Source: Lama glama | Taxonomy: Eukaryota | DNA: 64,000 nucleotides | Direction of reading: 5' to 3' | Assembly (NCBI GenBank): GCA_028534125.1 | Contig: CM052817.1 | Location: 46,440,001-46,504,000 of the forward strand | Part shown: positions 52,577 through 64,000 of the stretch, piece after piece | Numbering within the stretch: position 1 is the stretch's first letter | Layout of the letters: each line of letters begins with the position of its first letter | Made by a program: the position numbers and the translations under genes | Notes under the pieces: model-generated | What the model was told of the DNA's origin: nothing | The model's database searches: none | What the model saw: the letters and a program-made list of their open reading frames with translations, nothing else

Positions 52577-55049
52577 AAGAAAATGGCTCAGGTACATTTT
52601 GGGGTACTGACAAATCAGTTTATGCTAACAAGGCCCGCCTCTTCATTTGTTATCTGCTTCTGGGAGACGTGATAAATCAACACCAGGTGAATGGGAGAAA
52701 ACATTCAGAGCCTGGGGTGGGGGGAAGCCCCAGTCATTTGTAAGCTGCATAGCCAGGACAACTCTCCATTGCCTCCACAGAGAACATCAATCCTTGCTCT
52801 TTCTGTGCGTTATCTGATAGCTTAGAAGCTTTGGAGCCTGGTTCTTTCTAGGTGAAAAATGAGCTATGTTGTCACTGTACTGGTGTCTATTGTCATGTAC
52901 TTCCTGCCCCCTCTATTCTTCCTGAAGCCAGGTCTAACTTCCGAGGCTGGGAATTTCCTCAGGGACTTCTAAGAATTCAGCGGCAGAGGGGTGACCCTGT
53001 GCATTGTTATGGCAGTTATGGTAACCATCAGCATAAACAAACGCCCCCCTCCCAACCTCCAGTCTCAATCCATTCTCAAAGACACAAAAGGTGCTTTAAG
53101 GGCACAGCCATGCTTAATGTTAGATTAAATGTATTTCGGGCCGGGAGTTCTAGGAAAGATCTTTAGTGTCTCTCTGGGGATCTGGTAAACTCAGGACTGA
53201 CTCTTCTGTGTAACGAACAGACAGCCCCACCACAGGGATTCACAGAGGAATGGCCTTGGGTTTGTGAACATATACATATATTTGTTAACTTTGTTTAAAA
53301 AAAAATTCTATTTTTTTAAACAACAGAAAACTCTAAAGTGGAAAATGAAGGAATATACAAAAATAGGAGTTTTTCTAGCAAGTCTGGCATCCTGGGGCAC
53401 AGACATTTTCCTACTGTCTGGCTCACACCTCATAATTTTCCTCAGTTTCTCATAGTCATTTTGCCATCTTGATCATGAAACAAAACTGTCTTGACCTCAA
53501 AGAAAATATACTGTTTGGTGTTCTCTTTAAAAACACAGATTAATAAATTATAGAAAAATATTTAGGGATTTCCACAGAGTTCCTCTTATACATTTCTATA
53601 AAAACAAAACTCTCCACTTCGATGGCAATGGAATGTACGGAAGAAGTGAGGTAGCCAAAAGCACCAGAAGTAACTGAGGATTATCAATTGTTTATTCGTA
53701 TTAAGGAATCACAGAGAGAAAATAAGATGGCTTCTCTGAGAACAGTATTTCCCAGAACTGTATTCTGGGAATTACCCTAGGGAATGGCATCAGTACTTAA
53801 GGAACTTATTTCCTGTAAGTTCAATTGGTATAAAACAGAATGCAAAGCCACACCTGTGTATTCTATCTGCCTACTTCTTGTTTCATGCAAGGCAATGAAT
53901 GGGTAAACTGTGTTTGTCTTTTAAGTGTGGGTAACTTTGCCTTTGATAATATATAGGTCAATAGATAACTAGCCATGTGTTCTTAGGGTGAAAGCTTGGG
54001 GCATTAAAATGAAAACAAAAGCAGTGGCCACAGAAGTTAATCGCCAAGGATGTTTGTAATCAAGCTGAAAAGGAGGGGACTTTGTCTGCCTTTACAACTA
54101 ACTACCTTCCCCAAATCTCTCCATCTTCTAGCACTTTCCCATTATCAGAACACTTTTCCTCTAGAAAAAAAGATCTGATCTCAGTCATTCACATCTTCCT
54201 ATAAAATTTTATGTCTGACTAGGTGATAAAGCTATTGTTTTTGGCATTTTAATCCCGAAGTCTAATGAAGAACAAAGGGTAAAGGGCTGTAATCCCCACG
54301 AAAGAATTTCAGGCATAAAAGAGTAGATGGGGAATGAGAGGGAGAAAAAAGGTACTTTCCAGTCAGAATCCTGCTCATAGAAAAGGCATTACAGTGTCTG
54401 TGCTCAGAGGAAACCTAGCCCACTTTGGGTTGGATGCTTTGAAACTTCAACTATACTGCTTTGTGTCTTAATAATTTTTCCGTTTCATTCTTAGGTATAC
54501 CAGTATCATTATACTAAATTAAATTCTATTGTGTAATTATTTTATGATTGTTACACTTTTACTTTCCATATAACTCATTTATTTGTCTTTCATGTAAAAC
54601 AGCAGGAAACCATTTAAATTGTAAAGTCCCAATTTTTTCTGATCACAACAGGCTTCTTTTCGCTTCTCTCAGCTGTGAAGCAGGATCATTTAACCATTAT
54701 TCTTCCCTACTACTACCACCTTCAAAATAATTACCTTTTTCTATCCTACTGTCTCGGCAGCTGTGTCTTTCTATTGATGCTACTTTATCAAACTCCCTTC
54801 AGTCCTCTTGTTTTCCTGTCAACTCTAGTATAATTTGTTGGCTATACCATTTATGTGGTGGTTGTATATTCTCCCTTAAAGATCTATTTTTATTTTCTCT
54901 TATTCCTCTCATGTCCTCTTTACTACAAGCTCTTTATGAAAAAGAACCATATTTCACCTCTGCCTAAGAAACTTGTACCATGAGTTTTTAAATTGTGGTT
55001 GCCCAATATATTACTGATGAATTTGAATTAATTAAAGACTTTTGTAAGA

Positions 55050-56130
55050 CATATTCCAAATATACTAAGAACTCTTAAGACTCATCAATAAGAAAACAAG
55101 TAACCCAGTTTTAAAAAGTGGGCAAAAAAATCCGAACAGACACTACCATAGAAGATATACAGATGGCAAATAACTATATGAACAGATACTCAACATAATT
55201 CGTCATTAGGGAATTGCAAATTAAAACAACAATGAATAGCACTATACACCTGTTAGAATGGCTAAAACCCAAAAAGCTGGCAAGGATATGGAACTCTTAT
55301 TCATTGCTAGTGGGACTGCAAAATGGTACAGAACTCTGGGTTAGAGTTAGGCAGCTTCTTGCAATGCTAAACATAGTCTTGCCATCTTATCCAGCAATCA
55401 TACTCTAAGATACCTACCCAACTGATTTGAAAACCTATGTCTACAGAAAAACCTGCAAAATGTTTACACCAGCTTTATCTGTAACTGTAAGAACTGAAAG
55501 CAACCAAGAAGCATTTAATAGGTGAATACATAAACAAACCGGTGAATTCATATGACAGAATACTACTCAGTGATGGAATGAGCTATTGAGATACACAAAG
55601 ACGTGGATGAATTTTGCATGCATGTTGTTAAGTGAAAAAAATCAGTCTGAAAAGGCTACATACTGTATTAGTCTATTTATGTGACATTCTGGGAAAGAAA
55701 AAAAACAAGAGTAAAAGATTCATGGTTGCCAGGGAGTTTTTGTGGGGTAAGTGAGTGGTTTCAGTGGGTGAAATTCAGGGGATGTTTCAGGGTGGTGAAA
55801 TGTGCTTCATGGTACAGTTGGCTGCTGATACGTGCTACAACATGGATGAACCTTAAAGACATGCTAAGTGAAATAAGGCAGTCACAAAAGAACAAATGTT
55901 GTGTATGATTCCACTTACATTAAGTATCGAGATTAATCAAATTCATGGAGACAGAGGTACAATGTAAATGGGGAGTCACTGTTTAATTGGTGCAAAGTTT
56001 CGGTTTGGGGAGATAAAAAAGTTCTGGAGATAGACGGTGGTGACAGCTGCACAACAATGTGACAGTATTAATGTCACTGATCTTTACATTTAAAAATTGC
56101 TAAATGTTATGTTATATATACTGTACCAAA
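55050..56130 (+). mobile_element. Old LINE-1 (L1M-type) 3' fragments
   Basis: Degenerate ORF2 end (MQIKTT.., ATTWMNLKDMLSEIRQSQK) and 3'UTR. Confidence 0.75.
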
Positions 56131-57066
56131 CACACAAACAATGTTTTAATCTTACTGTTCTGAAAATCAGTGAAAACTCTTTGTAGGCAAATAAGACCTT
56201 ATTAAGTATTCAAGAACTAGCTCTTTGCATATTATGTAGTTCTTACCTTAAATAGAATTCAGCATGTAAATCACGTAGCATACTGCCTGGCATAAGGTGG
56301 AGCTTAATAAATGATTAAGCTACATGATGATGACTATCTATCATGTGGAGTTTTTTAATTATGTTGTTGCTGTAAGTGTGACTGTGTGGAAGCTAATTGC
56401 TGTATAAGGTGGGCCTTTATGAAGCTCCAATCTCTATTGGTGTCCTTTGCATTTACCCATTTTTCAAAACAGAGACTTGTAACTGAGTAGGAAATAATTT
56501 TGTGAATTACTGACAGGGAATCTGTCTCTTTGGTTTAAATATACAAGGTCAAATTGTGTCAGAAGGAATTCCTAGAGGTCAGGTCACAGGTGATATCAGC
56601 CTTCACTTAGAGATAGATTTATCTTAGGACATAAGAGATTCAAGCAAGGTGTCTATAGAGTTATATGCACGCACGCTGCTAAGTGAAAGAAGTCAGTCTG
56701 AAAAGTCTACATACTGCATTATTCTATTTATGTGATATTCTGGAAAAGAAAAAAATAGTAAAAAGATTAGTGGTTGCCAGAGTTTTGTGACCTTGGTGAA
56801 CTGAGGTGTGTCTAGAACATTATTTCCATATTTTTTATGTTCTTTTTGTTTGATAATTTTCAAAAATGTTTCATTAGGTCTCAATTATATTAAGGAAAAC
56901 CCAAAGCAAGGAGTTTGTCCATGTGTAGATCTAACAAAGACGGGAACTCCAAGAACTGATGGAGCCAGCATGCCAATAGCAGAGGGATTCACAGTGGGAA
57001 GGATCCAGTAAGGGGAGACTCACGGAGCCAGAGTCAGGCACTTAGAGTTAAATAACCACCCCTTGT

Positions 57067-57192
57067 GGGTAGAGGATAGCTTAGTAGTAGAGCACGGCTT
57101 AGCACGCACGAGGTCCTGGGTTCAATCCCCAGTAGTGCCTTTGAGAAAAATAAACTCATGAACCTAAGTACCTCCCCCCAGAAATGAATAAA
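57067..57192 (+). mobile_element. tRNA-derived camelid SINE (Vic-1-like) with TSD
   Basis: GGATAGCTTAGTAGTAGAGCAC..GGTCCTGGGTTCAATCCCCAG; TSD AAATAACCACCCCTT / AAATAACCACCTCTT. Confidence 0.85.
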
Positions 57193-58094
57193 AAATAACC
57201 ACCTCTTCACACTTTCATCTTCAACTTTTAGCCGAAGAGTTTCTATGTTTTGTTTGAAGAGAGGCCATGTTTCCTGCTTTAAATACTTTATCTTTGAAAG
57301 AGGGAAGTTTTCAAAGTGCTTTGGTCTAATGTTTAAACCTTGGGATTCACTATTTCAAAGAAAAGAGAAGTAGATACTTCAAATGAAACAAATTTTATGC
57401 TGCTGTCTTTGGAGTGCTTTGCCAAACCAAATTTGCTTAAAGTACAACTTCATTTCACACACATTCCCAACAGAAGCTTTGTGAAATTTATTATCTGGGA
57501 AAAAAAGACAGCTCAACATTTTGATTTCACAGAAAGAAGTCTTTTGTGAAATTCCGGGTGAAATTCTAGAATGAAAGAGATAAATCTTAGTAAGAAAGGG
57601 TATCTTGGGTTTTCCTTTTTTGTGTGAAATTCTCTGGAATGATATTTGACATTCCACCCTTTTTGCTTTGACTTAAGAGCTTACAACTCCAGAACTGGAG
57701 AGGGACTAGCCTTGTCAAGGCATTTGAAAGGCCACACTACTCCTAAAACAACAGTTTTATTTAGTCTGAATACTTGATCATCTGAATCCATTTTGAGCTG
57801 ATTATCTTAATCTATTGGATGAATAGAACACACAAACAGAAGAGATAACAGAAATAAATATTTTTAAAATGAGGAATCTATTCTGTAAATTCTGAGTGAA
57901 TATTCTTGACTGAAAGATCTCTTATAGGAATTACAAAGAACAGGATTTTACTCTCACAAAACTATAAATGGCTTGGTAGTCTTCCTGGTTTTCTCTCCCA
58001 TGTAAGCACATGAAAAGTCAGCTTGTTAAAGTGTGAATATTTCCCCCAAATTAGAAAGAATTCAAGAGCCATGGTATTTTTTTAAAAAGTCAGT

Positions 58095-59125
58095 GTAGGA
58101 GTGACATCACCAAATGATAGCCTAGGAGATCCCAACTTCCACCTCCCCAGACGAATCAATAACTGGGCAGCTATCCGCAAGCAAAAACAGCACTCTGGGA
58201 GAGCTCTAGAGTCCACTTAGGAAACTTCAGCAGCTTCGCGGAACAAATAAATCTGAGAAGGAAGACTGCTTCATCTTGCTTGCTTTTCCCATCTCTCAGG
58301 CTGGCCTTTTTCGGTGCCGGGGGTGATCCTCAGTTAGAAAGTGGCCCTCACCAGGAGAGAGAGCACAGTGAGCACCCAGCTTCCCCGGCCTTTGGGGCGC
58401 TGCACGAAGGCCTCACTTTGGTTTTGCCCTACCCAGACCTGCGAAGCTGAGACATGGAGAGACGGCGAGGAACAGGAAGGAAAGCAGAGACTAGCGGTAG
58501 CAGTGACACAGAGGGCACGGTCATAGTCCACAGTGACCTGCTTTGCAAACAAACCCAGCATCTTTCAGCACTGAAAAAACCAATGGCCAGCAGAGCTACC
58601 ATAGACCCCCTGTAGATTTCACCAGGTTTGCCCCACAAGTATGTGTGTTTGCTGACACCAGCCACCTGAGTCCCTCCCCGCTCTCTCCCCGCTGCCCCCA
58701 CTGGAACCCAGGAACCCTGGCAGCCAATCCAGTCTTCTGCCTCTGAGAGAGTGGAAGACACCAGCTCATAAAAACAGGGAATAGAGTGATAGTTATCAGG
58801 GACTGGGGGTTGGGGGAAATGGGAAGATATTGGTCAAAGTGTACAAACTTCCAGTTATGAGGTGAATAAGTTCTGGAGAAAAATGTATAATATGGTGATT
58901 ATAGTTAATAACACTGTATTATATACTTGAAAATTGCCAAGAATGTAGATCTTAAATTTTCTCAAAAGAAAAGAAACGGTCCTAGGTGACATTATGGAGG
59001 TGCTGGCTAATGCTATGGTGGTGATCATTTTGCAACATGAAGGGTATCAAATTAACATGTTGTGCATTTTAAATTTATACAATGTTATATGTCTATTATG
59101 TTTTGATAAAGCTGGGAAAAAATAA
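58095..59125 (+). mobile_element. LINE-1 derived: 5'UTR-like GC-richer piece (~58095-58760) abutting an L1MA-type 3' end (~58765-59125)
   Basis: 3' piece has GGTCAAAGTGTACAAACTTCCAGTTAT..AATACACTGTATT-type L1 3'UTR sequence and an A-tail; identity of the 5' piece is less certain. Confidence 0.6.
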
Positions 59126-59399
59126 GAAAGTCAGTGTACTAGAGTTCAATGAGTTATGAACAGAAGGTCAAATGACTTGGGTTCAAGTCTCAGTTCTGTC
59201 ACTAGCCTACATGTGTGACCTTAGGCAAGTCATATTAGTAAAGGTCTTTTGAACTTAGTTCTTTCTCATATTTATGCCTGAAATAGGATGAATAAGCTTG
59301 CTCAAGGTCACCATGCTATAGGGCTGAGAAAGGATTTAAATCCAGAGAGCCTCAGAGAATCTAACTCCAGGGGCTGAGTTCTTAACTATTAACCTTTAA

Positions 59400-59970
59400 A
59401 ATACACATATGTGGCAAACTGATTTTCTACGAAGGTGCCAAAGGTAATTCCATGAAGGAAATAGAGTCTTTTCAATAAATGGTGCTGGAACAACTGAATA
59501 TCCACATGAGATAATATGAATCTTGGTCTTGGCTTCACACCAAACACAAAAATTAATGTAAAATGCATCATATAGCTAAACTGAAAAAATCAAAATAAAT
59601 GAATTTTTAGAAGAAAATACAGAAGAAAATTTTTCCGACCTTGGGGTAGGCAAAGGGTTTTTTAGACAAGATTGTTAAAGTACTCATCAGTACTTTGAAA
59701 AAATTTTTCACTATAGCTTCATCAAAATTTAATCTGCTGTTTTTCAAATACTTTTCAGAAAATGAAAAGTCAAGTCACAAAGGGAGAAAATATGTGCGAT
59801 ACATATATCTGATAAGATTCATAATCAAAATATATAATAACTCATACAGCTCAATAGTAAGAACACAAACCATCTAATAATAAATAGGGAAAATGTTTCA
59901 ACAAGTTTCATAGAAGAAAGTATACCATTGGCCAATAAGCACATGAAAAGATGCTCAGGATTATTAGTGG
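59400..59970 (+). mobile_element. Old LINE-1 ORF2 fragment
   Basis: AGTCTTTTCAATAAATGGTGCTGGAACAACTG..GCCAATAAGCACATGAAAAGATGCTCA. Confidence 0.75.
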
Positions 59971-62579
59971 CTAGATGGGTTGATATTTTTATCAAAACTC
60001 CTCAAAAACTATACTTTAAAATGATGCCTGTTACTATGTGTAGGGTATATCTGAATCTGTCTGCTTTTTCACATTCTTATTCAAATGGGATGCCAGTATG
60101 GTAACTCTTGAGATTTGTCACAAATGGGAAACACGGTCATCTTCACCTCAAAATTATAGGTCTTAGGTCTGGGGAAGATGTCAACACTCTTGGAGCCATA
60201 AATATGGTCCAGACTCCATCTGTTGCTCCGACTGGAATTTTAGCAGATTTACAGACAGACTCCTACAGGAGATGCTTCGGTGTCCTCAGCTGAGTCATTC
60301 ACTCAGTAACACATAAAATGTGGGGCAATTTTTACCCCTTTGCTTCATCATTTGCTGTTTCTGTCTATCTGAAATTTATATTCTTGCAAATGAGGCTCAA
60401 CAAATGGTATGAAAAACTTCAAAGATAACTAATACAGAGCCCTGTCTTCTGAAAACTGTAATTTGAATAAAATAATTTTTAAGGGTTCTTAAACTTACCA
60501 TGTTTGGAAGACTAATGACATGATTTATAGGAAGGAAGCAAAAAAAGAAAATAAAGACTAATTTTTAGAAGTATTTACTCACATCAGTATTAAAATAATA
60601 TTTTATAAATTCAAAACATAGAAAAATAAAAGCATGTCATCATTTATGACTTTTTTCCCCTTAAGTTTAAAATGTTATTCAGAAGCAAAGATACTGTTTG
60701 TTTTGTCTTAATGTGTATTATTTATTTAAAATTGAATAAATCCAAAAAAGCAAAAGTAGTATACTTTTAATGTTTCTCTAATGATTTAAAACAAATTGTA
60801 AAGCACTTCTGTATTTCTAATCTTTTGTTTTACAGTGATTTCCTAGAGTAGTTAACAAAACCAACCACACCCAAATTGTAGAGGCCTTATGCAAAAATGT
60901 ATCAAATATACACTCTGCACATAATTAAATAATTACATGCAAATAATGAAATAATTATATAATTAAATAATTTTCAGGAAACATTTCTTAGGATAGATGT
61001 CACTTTTTTATATCTGCAAAATCATACATTTTTGTCTCTTTTTAATAAAACTGTCATGATACTGATGAACCTTTATTCGACCTCATTAAAGGTATGAGAC
61101 ATTGTCTAGAATATAGGATTTCACAGATGGAAAAAAAGCCTTTGTTTCCCATCCGAAAGTGCACACTTTGACCCACTTACACCTTTAAGAAAATATACAT
61201 TTTATGAAATATAAATTTACTGCATAAGCCAAAAAAAAATAGGCCGGCATGCACAGTACCAACGCAGTAACAGCTGGCGGACTTCCTTTGCCTTGTAAAC
61301 ATTGAGATAGTCACTCAACGTAAAAGTTCGAAAACTATTTGGAAAAATTTGGAAACAAATCAAAGCAGTGCATTAAATAAGTATTACTCAGGACAGCATC
61401 GTGCCTGTTCCCAGAATGTTTCCACTCTGCTCCAAGTGATGGGTGGGGCAGGGGTAGTTTCAAGGCCCACAATGCGGACGCCAGGAAGGTTCACAGACTC
61501 CGTGAACTTAATGGCGTTTCACCAGAGGTTGTGTCAACATCAAAAAGTTTTGGCTTTTCCTTTCAGCTCTGCCAAGAAAATAATTTCCTTTGAGAACCTC
61601 TAGCTTAGAATCTAGGCTCATGGGAGGCTTTTTCTAGACCAGCCAAATTTGCTTTTTCAGAATGAAACCACAGAAGTAAATATGGTTTGAGGTTATTAAA
61701 CTCCGTAACAAGGAAGAAGGAAGTCTGGCAAATAAAATCTCAAAGAGATTGTTTGATAAAGGGTATATTTAAAATTCCCTTCTTTTTCCCCATTAAGAGA
61801 AAAAATTTGGCAAACATATTAAGCTTTTTGATTCAATTATAAAACCTTGTAAACATAAAGTAAAAAATATATACACATATATGTATAACAATTGCCTATC
61901 TATCCACCTCTGAGATTAAGCAATATTAGTATTTCATTATATTTGCCTCAGGTCTTTCTTAATTAAGAAAAATAATATAAATGCTAAAGCCAATCCTTTT
62001 CCCCCTTTGTTGCTTGAACTCCTTTGATAGTGTCATTCTTGTTAATGTTCTGAATTGATGAAATAAAATTCATATTTTATGAGAAGGCAAGAAAAATTTA
62101 AACATAAAATTTTTCTCTGCCTCCTACCCCAGTGTGCATTGTGCATTAATCAGACCTCCCCAAGGGCAGAAATACTTGCTCAACCATAAAGATCAATTTT
62201 TCTTCTTCTGGTGCCAGCCGTGTAACTCCTTAAAAGGAGTTCTCAGTCTTGTAAGGGGTCACGATGACCCAGCAGTTGCCTTGTATACGCAGACATCTTT
62301 GGTGAACTTCCTGTACAATGCCAATATATAGTTTCCTTTAGAGACAGCAACTGGTGCAGAATGGACAGGTTAGATGACCTGGGGAGATACCAGGCTGCAT
62401 CTAACAGAAGCTCTTAGCTTAAATACTTACTTATGACCTTATTAATAATACTAGACACATTATTTATGTTCTGCCAATTTTACAAGATTATTGATTCTTG
62501 CATTACCAAAAGTGTGACTGAGCCTTCGAAAAAGTCAACGATGATTAGGCGACTTTGAAAGATTGATCAAATATGTAGT

Positions 62580-63189
62580 CCTGTAAGATCATTGACTGTG
62601 GCCTATCAGGAAAACCCTCGCCTGAACTGGGAATGAATGGTCTTAGTTCCATGGGAAAAATTGGTCACAAAATGTCTCCCAAACCTTGGTTGAAATTAAG
62701 ACTGAAAGCGTGGAGACTGCAAAATAAAAGAATGTTGCCCACCATCCAGTTCCACAAGAACCAAGTCACCAGTCCCTGCGGTCGCTGACCGACCGGACAC
62801 CCTGAAAGGAGTTTGGGGTGAAGATCAGTGTGAGGCACTCTGGGTTCTAGGAAAACTGGCAGAACTGATACTCAGATAGTCAGGTACTTTCAGGAGAAGA
62901 TTTTATAAAACCAGTTTCTTGCATCTTCCTCTACTTGGAAAATCACTAAAACCATATTAACTAAGATATCTGTTCTTCATGAATAGCAGTAACCTTCTAC
63001 CAAGCTGTGGTCTTGATTGCACTTTCCCTTTTGTCAAAATCACATGCTTGCTGGCCGCCCCACCCCCCACCTGTTCAGAACAGTCCTCCGATCTTTCTGA
63101 AAGACTGTTTCTTGGGTTAAAATCCTCAGATTGGCTTGAGTAAAATTTTCCATTTCTTTCTCAGATTGACTGTTAATTTTTTGTCAACA
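62580..63189 (+). mobile_element. Probable ERV solo LTR
   Basis: Ends ..TTTGTCAACA; LTR-like composition; left boundary approximate. Confidence 0.45.
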
Positions 63190-63491
63190 GAACTTTTATT
63201 ATACATGCATGTTTCTAAATGATAGATACGATACCATAATTTGGGGCTTTAACATTTACGTGAATGGCTTTGCACTGAACGTGTCTTTTTTTTTTTAATT
63301 ATTCAAAAGTATGTTTTAAAGACTTAACCCATGTTAATCCAAGTAGTTGGAGTTATTTCATTTTAACTCTGTACCATGGCATTGTTTACCACTTGAACTA
63401 CTGAGGGACAGTAGTTGTTTCCAGATCTTGCTGTTATGAACAGTGTTTCGCGAGCGTTCTCACACAACATTTCTTATGTACGTGGTTTGTC

Positions 63492-63991
63492 NNNNNNNNN
63501 NNNNNNNNNNNNNNNNNNNNNNNNNNNNNNNNNNNNNNNNNNNNNNNNNNNNNNNNNNNNNNNNNNNNNNNNNNNNNNNNNNNNNNNNNNNNNNNNNNNN
63601 NNNNNNNNNNNNNNNNNNNNNNNNNNNNNNNNNNNNNNNNNNNNNNNNNNNNNNNNNNNNNNNNNNNNNNNNNNNNNNNNNNNNNNNNNNNNNNNNNNNN
63701 NNNNNNNNNNNNNNNNNNNNNNNNNNNNNNNNNNNNNNNNNNNNNNNNNNNNNNNNNNNNNNNNNNNNNNNNNNNNNNNNNNNNNNNNNNNNNNNNNNNN
63801 NNNNNNNNNNNNNNNNNNNNNNNNNNNNNNNNNNNNNNNNNNNNNNNNNNNNNNNNNNNNNNNNNNNNNNNNNNNNNNNNNNNNNNNNNNNNNNNNNNNN
63901 NNNNNNNNNNNNNNNNNNNNNNNNNNNNNNNNNNNNNNNNNNNNNNNNNNNNNNNNNNNNNNNNNNNNNNNNNNNNNNNNNNNNNNNNNNN
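63492..63991. other. Assembly gap (500 N)
   Basis: Run of N. Confidence 1.
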
Positions 63992-64000
63992 ACTGAACCT

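Noticed and set aside
61508..61568. CXCL8 (IL8) last exon itself
   Set aside because: Longer and different from the short artiodactyl IL8 end as I recall it, and no recognisable IL8 exon 3 lies upstream; kept only as a weak paralog/relic candidate.
63415..63996. 193-aa ORF
   Set aside because: Artefact of the N gap; the preceding bases look like an L1 fragment.

Overview
Mammalian genomic DNA, very probably camelid (camelid IgG1b-type hinge [12 protein letters not shown] and Vic-1-type tRNA-derived SINEs), covering part of the CXC chemokine (GRO) cluster. Three intact spliced genes lie on the minus strand: CXCL6/CXCL5-like (33264-34240, 4 exons, 112 aa), PPBP/CXCL7 (23018-23833, 3 exons, 128 aa) and PF4/CXCL4 (18201-18966, 3 exons, 117 aa), with recognisable promoter motifs. 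The standout element is a 2.84-kb intronless retrocopy (11331-14167, minus strand; polyA signal, polyA tail and 11-bp target-site duplication) of an immunoglobulin gamma heavy-chain mRNA. It has no VDJ; instead a 620-nt leader is spliced to CH1-hinge-CH2-CH3-M1-M2. It therefore looks like a fossilised germline ('sterile', I-gamma-C-gamma) membrane-form transcript, now carrying three in-frame stops and no frameshift. The first 10 kb is a dense cluster of solo LTRs, including a three-element nest. The rest is mostly L1/MIR/MaLR/SINE-rich intergenic DNA, with a candidate NF-kB/STAT enhancer, a weak candidate chemokine-like terminal exon near 61.5 kb and a 500-N assembly gap at the end. Repeat family names and comparisons with known proteins are from memory, not from database searches.
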